NCBI GenBank assembly: GCA_944392255.1
Contig: CALXVY010000006.1
Span: 6,557-70,556, forward strand
Length of the DNA: 64,000 nt
Reading direction: 5' to 3'
Source of the DNA: an uncultured Alphaproteobacteria bacterium
GTDB taxonomy: Bacteria > Pseudomonadota > Alphaproteobacteria > RF32 > CAG-239
The translations under genes were made by a program, and so were the position numbers. The notes under the pieces were generated by a model, which searched no databases, was not told where the DNA came from, and saw nothing but the letters and a program-made list of their open reading frames with translations. This document shows positions 47,397 to 57,634 of this stretch, one piece after another. The stretch's first letter is position 1; the number at the start of each line of letters is the position of its first letter.

Positions 47397-47775
47397 TAGA
47401 AAAGCGCATTTGAACTCATAAAAGTTCACATGCGCTTTTTTTTGTATAGGCTGGATTTTTTTTCACATCATTAAAAGAGTTCAATTGGTAACACATTTTA
47501 ACTGGTCGTTACTGATAAGTATTTATTTTATTAACATTTGACAAAACGATTAGAGCTTTGATTTTACTTATTTATATGGAAGAGAGGCATTTTATCTCTT
47601 ACGCATTTTGTCGCATAATATATATTATGATAAAACAGAGAATAAAATAAAAGACAGAATAAATAAATGCCACTATTTATCCGCTCAGCCCATTCTTATT
47701 TATTCGGATGCTCAGAACGAGCTGAATGATTTTATGCGTATAAATATAAATCTAAACGCTCTCAAGCATCTTGTG

Positions 47776-49356
47776 TTATAATGCTGCGGCAATTAAATTT
47801 TGCGTGTATTCTTGTTGGGGTTTATTAAAAATTTCTTCTCGAGTTCCGAGTTCTATTATTTTGCCATCTTTCATTACGGCAATTTTATCTGACATTATTC
47901 TAATGGCGTTCATATCATGTGAGATAAAAATATATGTTAAATGTCTTTCTTGTTGTATCTTTTGTAAAAGTTTTAAAACTTGTGCTTGTATGGTTACGTC
48001 TAAGGCTGAAGTTGGCTCATCCAGAATCAATAACTTTGGTTTTAGGATTAATGCACGAGCTATGGCTATTCTTTGTCTTTGCCCACCTGAAAATTCATGA
48101 GGATATTTATTTAAGTCTGTTTCTTTTAAACCTACTTCATTTAATACCTCTATAACTTCTTTATGTTTTTCGAGCATGCTAAGTTCGGAATGGTGAATAT
48201 CCAGCCCTTCTCTAACAATTTCTTCAATATTCATACGAGGATTCAGTGAGTTATATGGATCTTGAAAGACAATCTGTACAAAATCTCTTTGTTGTGAAGA
48301 AATCTCTCTAATATCTTGATTATTGATAAAAATATTTCCTGAATATTTGTTTAACCCAACAATTGATTGTCCTAATGTTGATTTCCCAGAGCCAGATTCT
48401 CCGACAATTCCTAAAGTTTGCCCCGCTTTAAGCTCTAAAGATATATCATTAACCGCTTTAACATATTTAACACACTTACCCCAAAAGTTTTTCTTTAACG
48501 GATACCAGACCTTCAGATTATTAATTTTCAATATATTGGTGTTTGATTCTTTATTGTTTACATTCAACAGATTATGAGATTCTATTAATGTTTTAGTATA
48601 GTTATTTTGAGGTCTATTAAATATAGCGTCTACACTTTCTGTTTCGACAATTTTTCCATCTTTCATCACGCAAACTCTATCGGCTATCTTTTTAATCACC
48701 TGCAAATCGTGGCTAATAAAGATAATAGACATATTTAGCTGTTTCTTTAATTTTATCAGCAATTCAATAATTTGCTTTTGTATGGTTACATCTAAGGCCG
48801 TGGTCGGTTCATCGGCAATTAAAATATCCGGATGATTGGCTATGGCCATGGCTATCATCACTCTTTGACGTTGTCCGCCGGATAATTCATGCGGAAATGC
48901 ATTTAGTCTTTGGCGAGCATTTTTTATTCCGACCATTATCAAAAGTTTTAGAGTTTTTTGCATTGCTATCTTATAGCTAACCCCTTGATGTATCATAATT
49001 GTTTCGGAAATTTGTTTTCCTATCTTATGCAATGGATTGAGCGAGGACATTGGCTCTTGAAAAATAAAGCCTATTTTTCCGCCTCTTATCTCACGTAGTT
49101 CATTATATGGAGCATTTAGTATTTCTTGTCCTTTGAATTTTATTGAAGATTCTGTAGAATATAATGCTCTTGAATCAGAAAGCAATCCTAAAATTGATAA
49201 TGCTGTTACGGATTTTCCTGAACCAGATTCTCCGACAATCCCTAATATTTCACCAGAATTTAGAGTAAAAGAAATGTTTTTAACGGCTTGAAAAACATCA
49301 CCATTTTTCTTTTTGAAGCTAATTGATAAATTTTTTATATCAAGAATTTCGGACAT
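47776..49356 (-). CDS. yejF: Double-ATPase ABC protein of a peptide/opine-type importer (YejF-like)
   Basis: Two ABC cassettes. GESGSGKS appears twice and LSGGQRQR twice. Walker B is ILIADEPTTALD in one cassette and LLILDEPTSALD in the other. Confidence 0.88.
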   Translation of the reverse strand: MSEILDIKNLSISFKKKNGDVFQAVKNISFTLNSGEILGIVGESGSGKSVTALSILGLLSDSRALYSTESSIKFKGQEILNAPYNELREIRGGKIGFIFQEPMSSLNPLHKIGKQISETIMIHQGVSYKIAMQKTLKLLIMVGIKNARQRLNAFPHELSGGQRQRVMIAMAIANHPDILIADEPTTALDVTIQKQIIELLIKLKKQLNMSIIFISHDLQVIKKIADRVCVMKDGKIVETESVDAIFNRPQNNYTKTLIESHNLLNVNNKESNTNILKINNLKVWYPLKKNFWGKCVKYVKAVNDISLELKAGQTLGIVGESGSGKSTLGQSIVGLNKYSGNIFINNQDIREISSQQRDFVQIVFQDPYNSLNPRMNIEEIVREGLDIHHSELSMLEKHKEVIEVLNEVGLKETDLNKYPHEFSGGQRQRIAIARALILKPKLLILDEPTSALDVTIQAQVLKLLQKIQQERHLTYIFISHDMNAIRIMSDKIAVMKDGKIIELGTREEIFNKPQQEYTQNLIAAAL

Positions 49357-50384
49357 TAGTTGTTCTTTCTTGTATCAAAGGAATCTCGTACACCCTCGCC
49401 TATAAAAATAAGCAAACTCAACAAAATAGATAAAGTAATAAAAATTGTTATACCTATCCATGGGGCTTGAATATTATCTTTTCCTTGGCGAACTAAATCT
49501 CCCAATGAGGGATATTCAGGTGGCAAACCCAACCCCAGAAAGTCTAGTGCTGTTAATGCCGTAATGCCTTCAGCCAACAAAAACGGAATAAATGTTATAG
49601 TGGCAATTACTGCATTGGGTAAGATATGCTTAAACATAATTCGAAAATTGCTCGCCCCCATTGATTTTGCCGCCTTTACATATTCCATATTGCGTGTGCG
49701 TAAGAATTCGGCTCTGACCAAACCGGTTAGACTCAACCATGAAAAAGCTATCAGAATTATTAAAAGAGTCCAGAATCCGGGGGTGAAAATACTGGCAATA
49801 ATGATGATTATAAACAATTGAGGTAAGGTTTCCCAAATTTCCATAATTCTTTGAAAAATCAAATCAATTTTCCCGCCAAAGTATCCTTGAATAGCTCCGG
49901 TAATTATTCCGATAATTGATGAAATTATGGTTAAAAGAAACGAAAAAATTATTGATAATCTTAATCCGTATAGAATTCTTGCAACAATATCCCTACCCTC
50001 ATCATCGGTTCCCAGCCAATGGGTTGCATCAGGTGCGGATGGTGTTGGAACATTAATATCATAATCTACCGTATTGAAAGAAAAAGGAATTATTGGCATA
50101 ATCATCCAGCCGTTTTGATTTATATTTTGAATTATATATGGGTCTTTATAGTCGGCTGGTGTGGGAAAATCTCCGCCAAAATCTTTATCCGTATAGGAAC
50201 AAAATATAGGAAAATAAAAATCTCCTTTATATTTTAAAAGCAATGGTTTGTCATTGGAAATGAATTCAGAAAACAAGGAAATTATAAACAAAAACAAAAA
50301 GATATACAGCGAAGTTAAAGCTCTTTTATTTTTCTTAAAGGCTCTTATTCTCTCTTTTTGTATGGTTGAAAGAGTTAATATCAC
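49356..50384 (-). CDS. yejE: ABC importer permease, YejE-like
   Basis: Close pattern match to remembered E. coli YejE: PLLLKYKGDFYFP, HWLGTDDEGRDIVARILYG, and VRAEFLRTRNMEYVKAAKSMG (EAA loop). GTG start overlaps the upstream stop (GTGA). Confidence 0.85.
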   Translation of the reverse strand: MILTLSTIQKERIRAFKKNKRALTSLYIFLFLFIISLFSEFISNDKPLLLKYKGDFYFPIFCSYTDKDFGGDFPTPADYKDPYIIQNINQNGWMIMPIIPFSFNTVDYDINVPTPSAPDATHWLGTDDEGRDIVARILYGLRLSIIFSFLLTIISSIIGIITGAIQGYFGGKIDLIFQRIMEIWETLPQLFIIIIIASIFTPGFWTLLIILIAFSWLSLTGLVRAEFLRTRNMEYVKAAKSMGASNFRIMFKHILPNAVIATITFIPFLLAEGITALTALDFLGLGLPPEYPSLGDLVRQGKDNIQAPWIGITIFITLSILLSLLIFIGEGVRDSFDTRKNN

Positions 50385-52573
50385 TTATCTTCTTCCTTTT
50401 TTTCTTCTTCGACTTTCTCTGTTATGTCCTTTGCACTTTCCTTAATTTTGTTTGACAAGGGCTCGGTAACATTTTCTGGCTTTTCAGCTATGGGAGCTGT
50501 TATATCCGGAGCTTTTTCTACTTTTTTCTCGTCTTTGATATCTTTTTGATTGCTTCCTTTTTCCTTATCTCCTTTTTGAACATCTGATGCTTTTGTATCT
50601 TGAACTTTTTTATCTTGAGACTGGATTATATTGTCAGGTACAAAGTTCTTTTGTCTTTTTCGCCAGTTTTGATACCATTCATTGAAGTCCTTTTGAGCCT
50701 TTTTAACGCTTTCTTCCGACAATGAAAAACTATGTAATTGATTTAAAAATTGTTCTTTTAAATTAGCATCTATATTTATATCAAATTCTGGACAATCTTT
50801 TTTTCGGTATAAATATTGAGTTAATATATCTGCGGCAGAGCAACTATTGTTTTTTAATTGGAAGTCTTTTTTCAAAGGATCTTTCACCGCTGTATCCACC
50901 AAATTTTTATTCATAAATTCATCAATATAAGTGTTTTCTGCTTTGGGTATTTCTAACCCGTTCAAGCCACTTATGCCTTGAATAAAAATAACCGTATCTT
51001 TTTGATTTGTTTTTTTATTAACTTTATCAATAAATTCTTGAAGTTTGCCAAAGACGCAACGTAACTGATTTGTGTAAGCTATTCTTTTTTCTTCGCTATT
51101 GGCATTTTTTATCCATGGTAAATCTTTTTTATTTAACCATTTGTCCGTGGGCTTAATTTGACAATATTCATCATAAATATAACTATCTTTGGGTAAATCA
51201 ATATTAATGAAATATGCTGCATTACCACTGGTTTTATCAAGACTTTCATTGACAATATCTAAAACATCTAAAGAGTTTTTTACCCCCATATTTTCATAAG
51301 ATAATCCAACCATCGGAAGTGTATCTGTATTGGTAAACGGGCGAAGAATTTTGTGCAATGTGGACAAATCGTTAAAAATTTTAGTACTTTCTAACCATTG
51401 CGCTAAAATGATTTTAACTTTTTGAGCTGTGCTTAAATGCATATTTTCAAAGTCTATGGGTTGAGAATTTCTTTCAACACAGCGATGGACGGACATTTCA
51501 TTATTTATTCTACATAATTCTATGCCGGTTGATTGATATGCGTAGATATTAAATTTTGATTTTTTAAAAGTATCATATAAACGACTTTCTTTCATATAAA
51601 TATCTTTTTTATTCAAATGATTAAACTTCCAAAAACTTTCTGGATAAATATTTTTTAAAAGATATTCATCTTCTGTTTTTTTGCTGTTTGAATTTAGGAT
51701 TTTAGCAAAGTTTCTACTTCCTTGTTCTTGCAATACATAAGAATGAGGATAAAAACTAAAACCGTTTTTGGCATAAAAACCAAGCATGAGATTTTTGGTT
51801 TTATTTATTGCTTCAGCATCAATTGAATTAGGTGACAAATTTTTAACCATATTATCCCAGTTAGCATAAGAACTTAAACCATCAATGCCGATGTAAATAA
51901 AATTCTTTCCGGATTCGATTTTAGCATTTAAGACATCATCTTTAAGCACATTAAACTTTTGATGCTCACTATTATCAATTAATTGCACAAAGATTGCCGC
52001 AAAGTTACAAAACAGCAAAAAGCATAACATTAAAAAGATATTCATCTTTGAAGCAAAACTTACAAAGATAAATGCTAAAAATGCAATAATAAGCGCAACC
52101 ACAATATGGGAAACATGTGTTAGCAACAGCCCCAAATCTTGAGAAATATATGTTGCTGTCAAACTTGCTAACATGGTATTTTTGTCAAAGGCGGCAAATT
52201 GATTGAGCATGGCTATTACAAAATAATAAACGACAGCCGAGACTACCAAGTTCTGCAAAAATTTAAAAAAAGATAAGCAGTATATGGTGACTATTGAAAG
52301 GATGAGAACTCCGGCTAAGACATACCATACCTCCGGAGACAGAATGGTAAAGGTCGAAAACATATCATAGCTTCCTGAGCCTATATATATTAGAAAATCT
52401 AAACTAATTAACGAATATATGATTAATGCTTTTTCAAGCCAATCTATCAAATACTGAGATAAATTTCTGTGCCGTTTTGGGGCTGCTTCTTTTTTTAATT
52501 TTTCTTTTCTTTGCTCCATTTGAGATGTTGCTATGAAACAATTTTGAGTATCATCAATAATCACATCATGCAT
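50381..52573 (-). CDS. Large polytopic membrane protein (730 aa) with a big extracytoplasmic domain and a K/E-rich tail; function unknown
   Basis: About 6-7 N-terminal TMs. After the last TM, KNFIYIGIDGLSS weakly resembles the first beta-strand/metal-ligand motif of sulfatase/alkaline-phosphatase-superfamily transferases (compare OpgB NLVYIYGESLE). No clear nucleophile motif seen. Confidence 0.75.
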   Translation of the reverse strand: MHDVIIDDTQNCFIATSQMEQRKEKLKKEAAPKRHRNLSQYLIDWLEKALIIYSLISLDFLIYIGSGSYDMFSTFTILSPEVWYVLAGVLILSIVTIYCLSFFKFLQNLVVSAVVYYFVIAMLNQFAAFDKNTMLASLTATYISQDLGLLLTHVSHIVVALIIAFLAFIFVSFASKMNIFLMLCFLLFCNFAAIFVQLIDNSEHQKFNVLKDDVLNAKIESGKNFIYIGIDGLSSYANWDNMVKNLSPNSIDAEAINKTKNLMLGFYAKNGFSFYPHSYVLQEQGSRNFAKILNSNSKKTEDEYLLKNIYPESFWKFNHLNKKDIYMKESRLYDTFKKSKFNIYAYQSTGIELCRINNEMSVHRCVERNSQPIDFENMHLSTAQKVKIILAQWLESTKIFNDLSTLHKILRPFTNTDTLPMVGLSYENMGVKNSLDVLDIVNESLDKTSGNAAYFINIDLPKDSYIYDEYCQIKPTDKWLNKKDLPWIKNANSEEKRIAYTNQLRCVFGKLQEFIDKVNKKTNQKDTVIFIQGISGLNGLEIPKAENTYIDEFMNKNLVDTAVKDPLKKDFQLKNNSCSAADILTQYLYRKKDCPEFDINIDANLKEQFLNQLHSFSLSEESVKKAQKDFNEWYQNWRKRQKNFVPDNIIQSQDKKVQDTKASDVQKGDKEKGSNQKDIKDEKKVEKAPDITAPIAEKPENVTEPLSNKIKESAKDITEKVEEEKKEEDK

Positions 52574-52702
52574 TATAGCTGCCTTTTTGTTTACTAACTT
52601 ATTCCTTTTCTAATATAAAAGCACATGTTTTTATTCTTTTAAAGAAAAAGCCTTGAGATATATACAATCTCAAGGCTTTTAATTTTACTAGGACAAGATT
52701 TA

Positions 52703-53317
52703 TTATCTTGAATAGTATTCGATAACCAGATTTGGTTCCATTTGAGCAGCATATGGAATATCAGCAAACTTAGGAACAAATGAATATTTAGCAGTCATTT
52801 TCTTAGAATCTACTTCCAAATATCCTGGGAAATCTCTGTTTCCAGCTTCCATAGAGGCAGCAACAATTGCTAAAGATTTTGATTTTTCACGAATTTCAAT
52901 AACATCTCCAGCTTTTACCATGTATGAAGGAATGTTTACTCTTTTGCCGTTAACCAAAATGTGACCATGGTTAACAAATTGACGAGCAGCAAAAATTGTA
53001 GAAACAAATTTTGCTTTCCATACTAAGTTATCCAAACGAGATTCCAAAATACCAACAAAGTTTTCAGCTGCGTCACCAGATCTTCTGATAGCTTCTACAT
53101 AATATTTGTGGAATTGTTTTTCAGAAACGTTACCATAGTAGAATTTCATTTTTTGTTTTGCAATTAATTGTACACCATAGTCAGTTGGTTTTTTTCTTCT
53201 TTGACCATGTTGACCCGGAGCATATTCTCTTTTATCTAACGGAGATTTTGTGTTTCCCCACAAATTAACACCGAAACGACGGTCTAATTTCTTTTTTGCT
53301 GTAACAATACTTTTCAT
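52703..53317 (-). CDS. rpsD: 30S ribosomal protein S4
   Basis: Full-length S4 pattern: [21 protein letters not shown], and [22 protein letters not shown]. Confidence 0.97.
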   Translation of the reverse strand: MKSIVTAKKKLDRRFGVNLWGNTKSPLDKREYAPGQHGQRRKKPTDYGVQLIAKQKMKFYYGNVSEKQFHKYYVEAIRRSGDAAENFVGILESRLDNLVWKAKFVSTIFAARQFVNHGHILVNGKRVNIPSYMVKAGDVIEIREKSKSLAIVAASMEAGNRDFPGYLEVDSKKMTAKYSFVPKFADIPYAAQMEPNLVIEYYSR

Positions 53318-53525
53318 AAAATTTTCCTTGTATTTTGTGTTATTTACTTATTGTCCCGGTAGTTTTGGTTATCTATCCAAACGGGGTATTTTACCCTCAT
53401 TCCCGGAAGTATGTTGATAACTACACCAAAAAATCAATAATTTCAAGTTATTTTTTAAAAATCACTGGATTTTCTTATCAATTTTGCTAAAATAGCTCAA
53501 AAATTAAAGATTGTCAGGAGTTTCA

Positions 53526-55289
53526 ATGTCTTACGATTTATTATTCCAACAAGCTATTAGCGCTCATGAACAAGGCCGTTTTGATGAAGCTGAGCAGATT
53601 TACAGACAAATTCTAGAAACTGCACCGGAAAATCCTGATGTACTAAATTTGTTAGGTCTTGTAGCTCAAGCCAAAGGTGTTCATAATCAAGCTATTGAGC
53701 TTTTTTATAAAGCCATTCAACATGCACCTAAACATGCTCCCTTTTATTTTAATTTGGCTATTTCTCTTGCCGCCACCGGACATGATATTGAAGCATTGGA
53801 TAACTTACAAAAAGCTTGTGAGCTTAATCCTGATGAAAAAGAAATTTATAATCAACAAGGTTTAATTTTACAAAAATTACAACATATTCCTGAGGCTCAA
53901 CAAGCATTTTTAAAAGCTTTGCAAATTGATGAAGCTTACTCTGAAGCAAAAACTAATTTAGCTCTTACTTATGCTCAATCTGATCCTGAAAAATCTATTC
54001 TTTTTTTGCAAGATATTGCGTCTCAATTTCCTGAAGATGTTTCTTGCCGTTATTTTTTAAGTACTTTGTTTTTTGATAAGCAAGATTTTGAAAATTCTCA
54101 AAAATTTGCTCAAGAAGCTTATCAGCTTAATCCAAAATCTGATGAAATTTTGTTTATGTTGGGATTGCTGGCTTTGCAAAAAAACAATCTAGCCGATGCG
54201 AAAATGTATTTTCAATCTGCTACCGAACAAAATTCTTATAATGTCGGGGCTTGGCTCAATTTAGCCAATATGGAAACAAATGATAAAAATTTCGACGAAG
54301 CTGAAAAAATTTATAAAAAACTGCTAGATTTAGCGCCTAAAAATTTTGATGTTCATCTGAATTATGCTAATTTGCTTTATTTGCAAAATCGTCTAAGTGA
54401 AGCTTTGGAAGAGTATCGTGCTGCGGTCATTATTAATCCGGAATCTGCTCCCGTTAGCAACAATATTGGTGTTATTCTTAAAGATTTGCAAAGTTATGAA
54501 GATGCTTTAGGGCTATTTTTCAACGCTTTAGCTCGAGATAATTCAAAAGATGAATATTCTCTTAATATTGCTGAAACATTGGTTCTCTTATATCGTCAAG
54601 ATAAAGAGATAGCCTTAAAAGTGGCTGAAAATTGGCTGAAAAATATGCCCAATAATCTGTATGCTCAACGTGTTTGCGCTTCTTTTAAAGGAGAAAAACT
54701 TGAAAATAATCAAATTTTTGCTGAAAAGCTTTTTGACAACTTTGCTGATAATTATGAGCTGGTGCTTGAGAAGATTAATTACAGCTTGCCAAGACGCATA
54801 CGAGAGCTTGCTGGAGATGTTAAAGGTACCATTGTGGATTTGGGGTGTGGTTCGGGGCTTGTCGGTCAAGCTCTTAAAACTCCTCAAAATCAAATAATCG
54901 GGGTTGATTTATCTCGTAAAATGTTGCACTTAGCTGCACAAAAAGGTGTTTATGAACAATTGATTAAAGATGATATTTCGTCCTTTTGTCAGAAAAAACT
55001 GGCTGAATTTAATCCTAATTTTGTGGTCGCCGCAGATGTTTTTGGTTATGTGGGGAATCTTACCCCACTGCTTTTGGCTTTGAAAGGACGTAACATTTGT
55101 TTTTCGGTAGAGGTTTTATCAGAAGACGGAGATTATAAACTTAATGATGCCGGTCGATATCTTTATAATGAAACTTATTTAGAAAATTTATTACAAAAAT
55201 GTGGGTTTTCTCATATTAATAAGTATCCGACCGTATTACGCCAAGAGGATGGTAAAGATGTCAACGGCCTGCTCTTCTTTGCCCAATAA
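53526..55289 (+). CDS. TPR-repeat protein fused to a class I SAM-dependent methyltransferase
   Basis: Multiple TPR units (AEQIYRQILE..P.N..VLNLLG). C-terminal motif I VDLGCGSGLVG. ATG 53526 follows AGGAG. Confidence 0.85.
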   Translation: MSYDLLFQQAISAHEQGRFDEAEQIYRQILETAPENPDVLNLLGLVAQAKGVHNQAIELFYKAIQHAPKHAPFYFNLAISLAATGHDIEALDNLQKACELNPDEKEIYNQQGLILQKLQHIPEAQQAFLKALQIDEAYSEAKTNLALTYAQSDPEKSILFLQDIASQFPEDVSCRYFLSTLFFDKQDFENSQKFAQEAYQLNPKSDEILFMLGLLALQKNNLADAKMYFQSATEQNSYNVGAWLNLANMETNDKNFDEAEKIYKKLLDLAPKNFDVHLNYANLLYLQNRLSEALEEYRAAVIINPESAPVSNNIGVILKDLQSYEDALGLFFNALARDNSKDEYSLNIAETLVLLYRQDKEIALKVAENWLKNMPNNLYAQRVCASFKGEKLENNQIFAEKLFDNFADNYELVLEKINYSLPRRIRELAGDVKGTIVDLGCGSGLVGQALKTPQNQIIGVDLSRKMLHLAAQKGVYEQLIKDDISSFCQKKLAEFNPNFVVAADVFGYVGNLTPLLLALKGRNICFSVEVLSEDGDYKLNDAGRYLYNETYLENLLQKCGFSHINKYPTVLRQEDGKDVNGLLFFAQ

Positions 55290-55734
55290 TTTGTTGATTG
55301 AACCTCTTTCTTCTGTTGATTTTGATGAAATTATTGAAGTTTGGGAAGCTTCCGTTCGAGCCACGCATCATTTTTTAAGCGAAAAAGAAATTGCTTTTTA
55401 CAAACCCTTGGTTTTGAAGTATGCCCTGCCTTCAATGCAAGTTTTTGGAATTAAAATAGAAGATAAGCTTGCCGGTTATATGGCTGTTTCTTCTTATAAG
55501 GTGGAAATGCTTTTTATTGCACCGGAATTTATCGGAAAAGGTTTGGGTAAAAAGCTTATTTCTTTTGCCCTTGATAATCTCCATATCAATTTGATTGATG
55601 TTAATGAAGAAAATCCTGCTGCTCTCAGATTTTATCTGCATATGGGATATGAAATTATCTCTCGCGATGAAGTTGATGGTAACGGCCGCCCTCACCCCAT
55701 TTTGCATCTTAAATATCAACCTATTGAAATATAA
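55258..55734 (+). CDS. GNAT family N-acetyltransferase
   Basis: LFIAPEFIGKGLGKKLI motif. ATG 55258 follows GAGGA. Overlaps the upstream gene's 3' end. Confidence 0.8.
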   Translation: MSTACSSLPNNLLIEPLSSVDFDEIIEVWEASVRATHHFLSEKEIAFYKPLVLKYALPSMQVFGIKIEDKLAGYMAVSSYKVEMLFIAPEFIGKGLGKKLISFALDNLHINLIDVNEENPAALRFYLHMGYEIISRDEVDGNGRPHPILHLKYQPIEI

Positions 55735-55813
55735 CAATTTATAATTATCTATTTATTAATATTTTATGCTTACTATATTGTTATGTTTTAATAAACTTAA
55801 TGGAGGCGACACC

Positions 55814-56452
55814 ATGGCTGATGATTATATGATTGATATTTACGATGAAAATATGAACCCTTTAGGTTCTGCCATGCGCTCGCAAGCCCACAAAGAAGGT
55901 CTATGGCATAAATCTTTTCACTGTTGGATTGTTAAACATGCTTCTGATGGTCATCATCGCGTATTGTTGCAATTACGCAGTAAAAATAAAGATACTCACC
56001 CTAGCTTGCTTGATATCTCTGCAGCCGGACATTTAAAAGTCGGTGAAACGCCTCATGACGGCATAAAAAATATTGAAGAAGAACTAGGTATTAAAGTTGA
56101 TTTTGATAGCTTGAATAAGCTTTTTACCATTAATCATGTGTATGAAAAAGACGGATATATCAATCATGAATTCAATCCGACTTATCTGCTTGAAACTGAA
56201 AAAAACTTATCTGAGCTTGACCTTAATCCTTTAGAAGTTGATGGCGTTTTGGAAGCTTCTGTCGATGATTTAAAAAATTTATTTAATCATAAAGTTAATT
56301 CCATTTATGTTTCGGGGTTGCTCTTAGATGAGTTTGACAATTACATCCCTTATACCGGTGCAGTGGCAATTAAAGATTTTGTTCCTCATGAGGACAGCTA
56401 TTATGTCAAAGTGATGGATACAATCAAACGCTATTTCGAAAACAAACATTAA
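55814..56452 (+). CDS. NUDIX hydrolase (Idi-like subgroup, degenerate Nudix box)
   Basis: WHKSFHCWIV, and AAGHLKVGETPHDGIKNIEEELGI. ATG 55814 follows GGAGG. Confidence 0.75.
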   Translation: MADDYMIDIYDENMNPLGSAMRSQAHKEGLWHKSFHCWIVKHASDGHHRVLLQLRSKNKDTHPSLLDISAAGHLKVGETPHDGIKNIEEELGIKVDFDSLNKLFTINHVYEKDGYINHEFNPTYLLETEKNLSELDLNPLEVDGVLEASVDDLKNLFNHKVNSIYVSGLLLDEFDNYIPYTGAVAIKDFVPHEDSYYVKVMDTIKRYFENKH

Positions 56453-56985
56453 AGTTTTGACACTTTTTCAAACCATTGGCTGATGATTTCTTCATCTTTG
56501 TTTGTATGAAGGTTAGCATAGTTATAAAACTCGTTAAAGATTTTGTCTTTTGTCTTTTTTGTTTCATCATAATATTTTGCCTGCAATATTGCATCTAAGC
56601 GATCAATATCTTTGACAAAGCGTGCTTCAGGAGTTGAATTGGCTTCATATTCGGCAAACAATTCTTTTAATCCTTCTATGTGTATTTGTTCTTCAATACG
56701 TTGAATTGCTTGGGTTTCAATTTGCGATTTTTCTTCAGCAGTAATGTCATCATAAGGAGTTATATCACCAACGATTGATTCTTGCAAATCGTGTATCAGT
56801 GCCATTTTTAGGCACCTTTCTTTATTGAGATGTGAAGGAGCTAAAAGCATTGTTAATAATGCGACACCATAGCTATGAGAAGCTACCGTTTCGGGATTTT
56901 TTATTTTTTTCTTAAGCCACCCGCTACGTGGAAGTTCTTTTAATTTTCCTAAAATATGAATGAAATAATCTAAATTTTCAGTCAT
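56449..56985 (-). CDS. HD-domain phosphohydrolase, YfbR/HDDC2-like 5'-deoxynucleotidase
   Basis: LPRSGW, ETVASHSYGVAL, ALIHDLQESIVGDITP, and KDIDRLDA. Confidence 0.85.
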   Translation of the reverse strand: MTENLDYFIHILGKLKELPRSGWLKKKIKNPETVASHSYGVALLTMLLAPSHLNKERCLKMALIHDLQESIVGDITPYDDITAEEKSQIETQAIQRIEEQIHIEGLKELFAEYEANSTPEARFVKDIDRLDAILQAKYYDETKKTKDKIFNEFYNYANLHTNKDEEIISQWFEKVSKL

Positions 56986-57634
56986 GTTTAATTCCTTTAT
57001 ATATTAAAGATAATAAATTTAAAGTATCTTTGGTGTCTTTTATTTTTAATCCATACATACTATGTTTTTGGCATATATCAATATTGATTGCATTATCATC
57101 AATCAGAGCACATTCTTGATAAGAAATATTATTTTTTTTGATATATTGAGCAAAAAAAGGCAATTCATTATTATTTTCATCTCGTTTTAAATAGCCTAAA
57201 TTATGAGAAGATAATATGTCGTCAAAATGTTTATCTAAATTGAGATTGGGAACCGTATAATCATAAAAGATATCCCAATTATCGGTTGCCAGAACAACTT
57301 TTATTCCTTTTTGACGAATAGCATCAATTTTCTGCCATGTGTCCGGAAAATCAAGACTTTGATGAGAACAGCAATCGGCAAAAGTTTGTAAAACTTTTTC
57401 ATAAGGCATAATTCCGGCTTGAGAAATTTTTTTGGCAACGTCTTCTTTACTGAGTTTTCCACGAGCCCAATCATATTGCCAGCCTTCGGGATTGTTTTCA
57501 AAAATGATATCAATAAATTGTCTGAACAAGGCGTGATTTTCAAGCTTTAACTTGTTTAGAAATGTTACGGAAGTTAAAGTTAAGTACCAATCTATAAATA
57601 TGACTTTCAGTTTGTCAAAATTCACATCGGTCAC
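56978..57634 (-). CDS. HAD-like hydrolase, atypical motif I (paralog B)
   Basis: Motif I is IFIDWYLTL (DxDxT with the second Asp replaced by Tyr). Motif II VVLATDN. Lys in YLKRD. Motif IV ALIDDN. Confidence 0.7.
   Translation of the reverse strand: MTDVNFDKLKVIFIDWYLTLTSVTFLNKLKLENHALFRQFIDIIFENNPEGWQYDWARGKLSKEDVAKKISQAGIMPYEKVLQTFADCCSHQSLDFPDTWQKIDAIRQKGIKVVLATDNWDIFYDYTVPNLNLDKHFDDILSSHNLGYLKRDENNNELPFFAQYIKKNNISYQECALIDDNAINIDICQKHSMYGLKIKDTKDTLNLLSLIYKGIKHD

Noticed and set aside
47576-47650. 24-codon ORF (MEERHFISYAFCRIIYIMIKQRIK) and a 20-codon ORF at about 47668-47730, considered as possible precursor peptides next to the ABC importer.
   Set aside because: They have no SD and no partner modification enzyme, and ORFs this short are expected by chance. 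They are mentioned only as part of the unexplained spacer.
53318-53525. Possible autoregulatory leader structure upstream of rpsD.
   Set aside because: I could fold only one short hairpin (GGGTA..TACCC) and a direct repeat (TCCCGG twice). The evidence is insufficient without comparative data.
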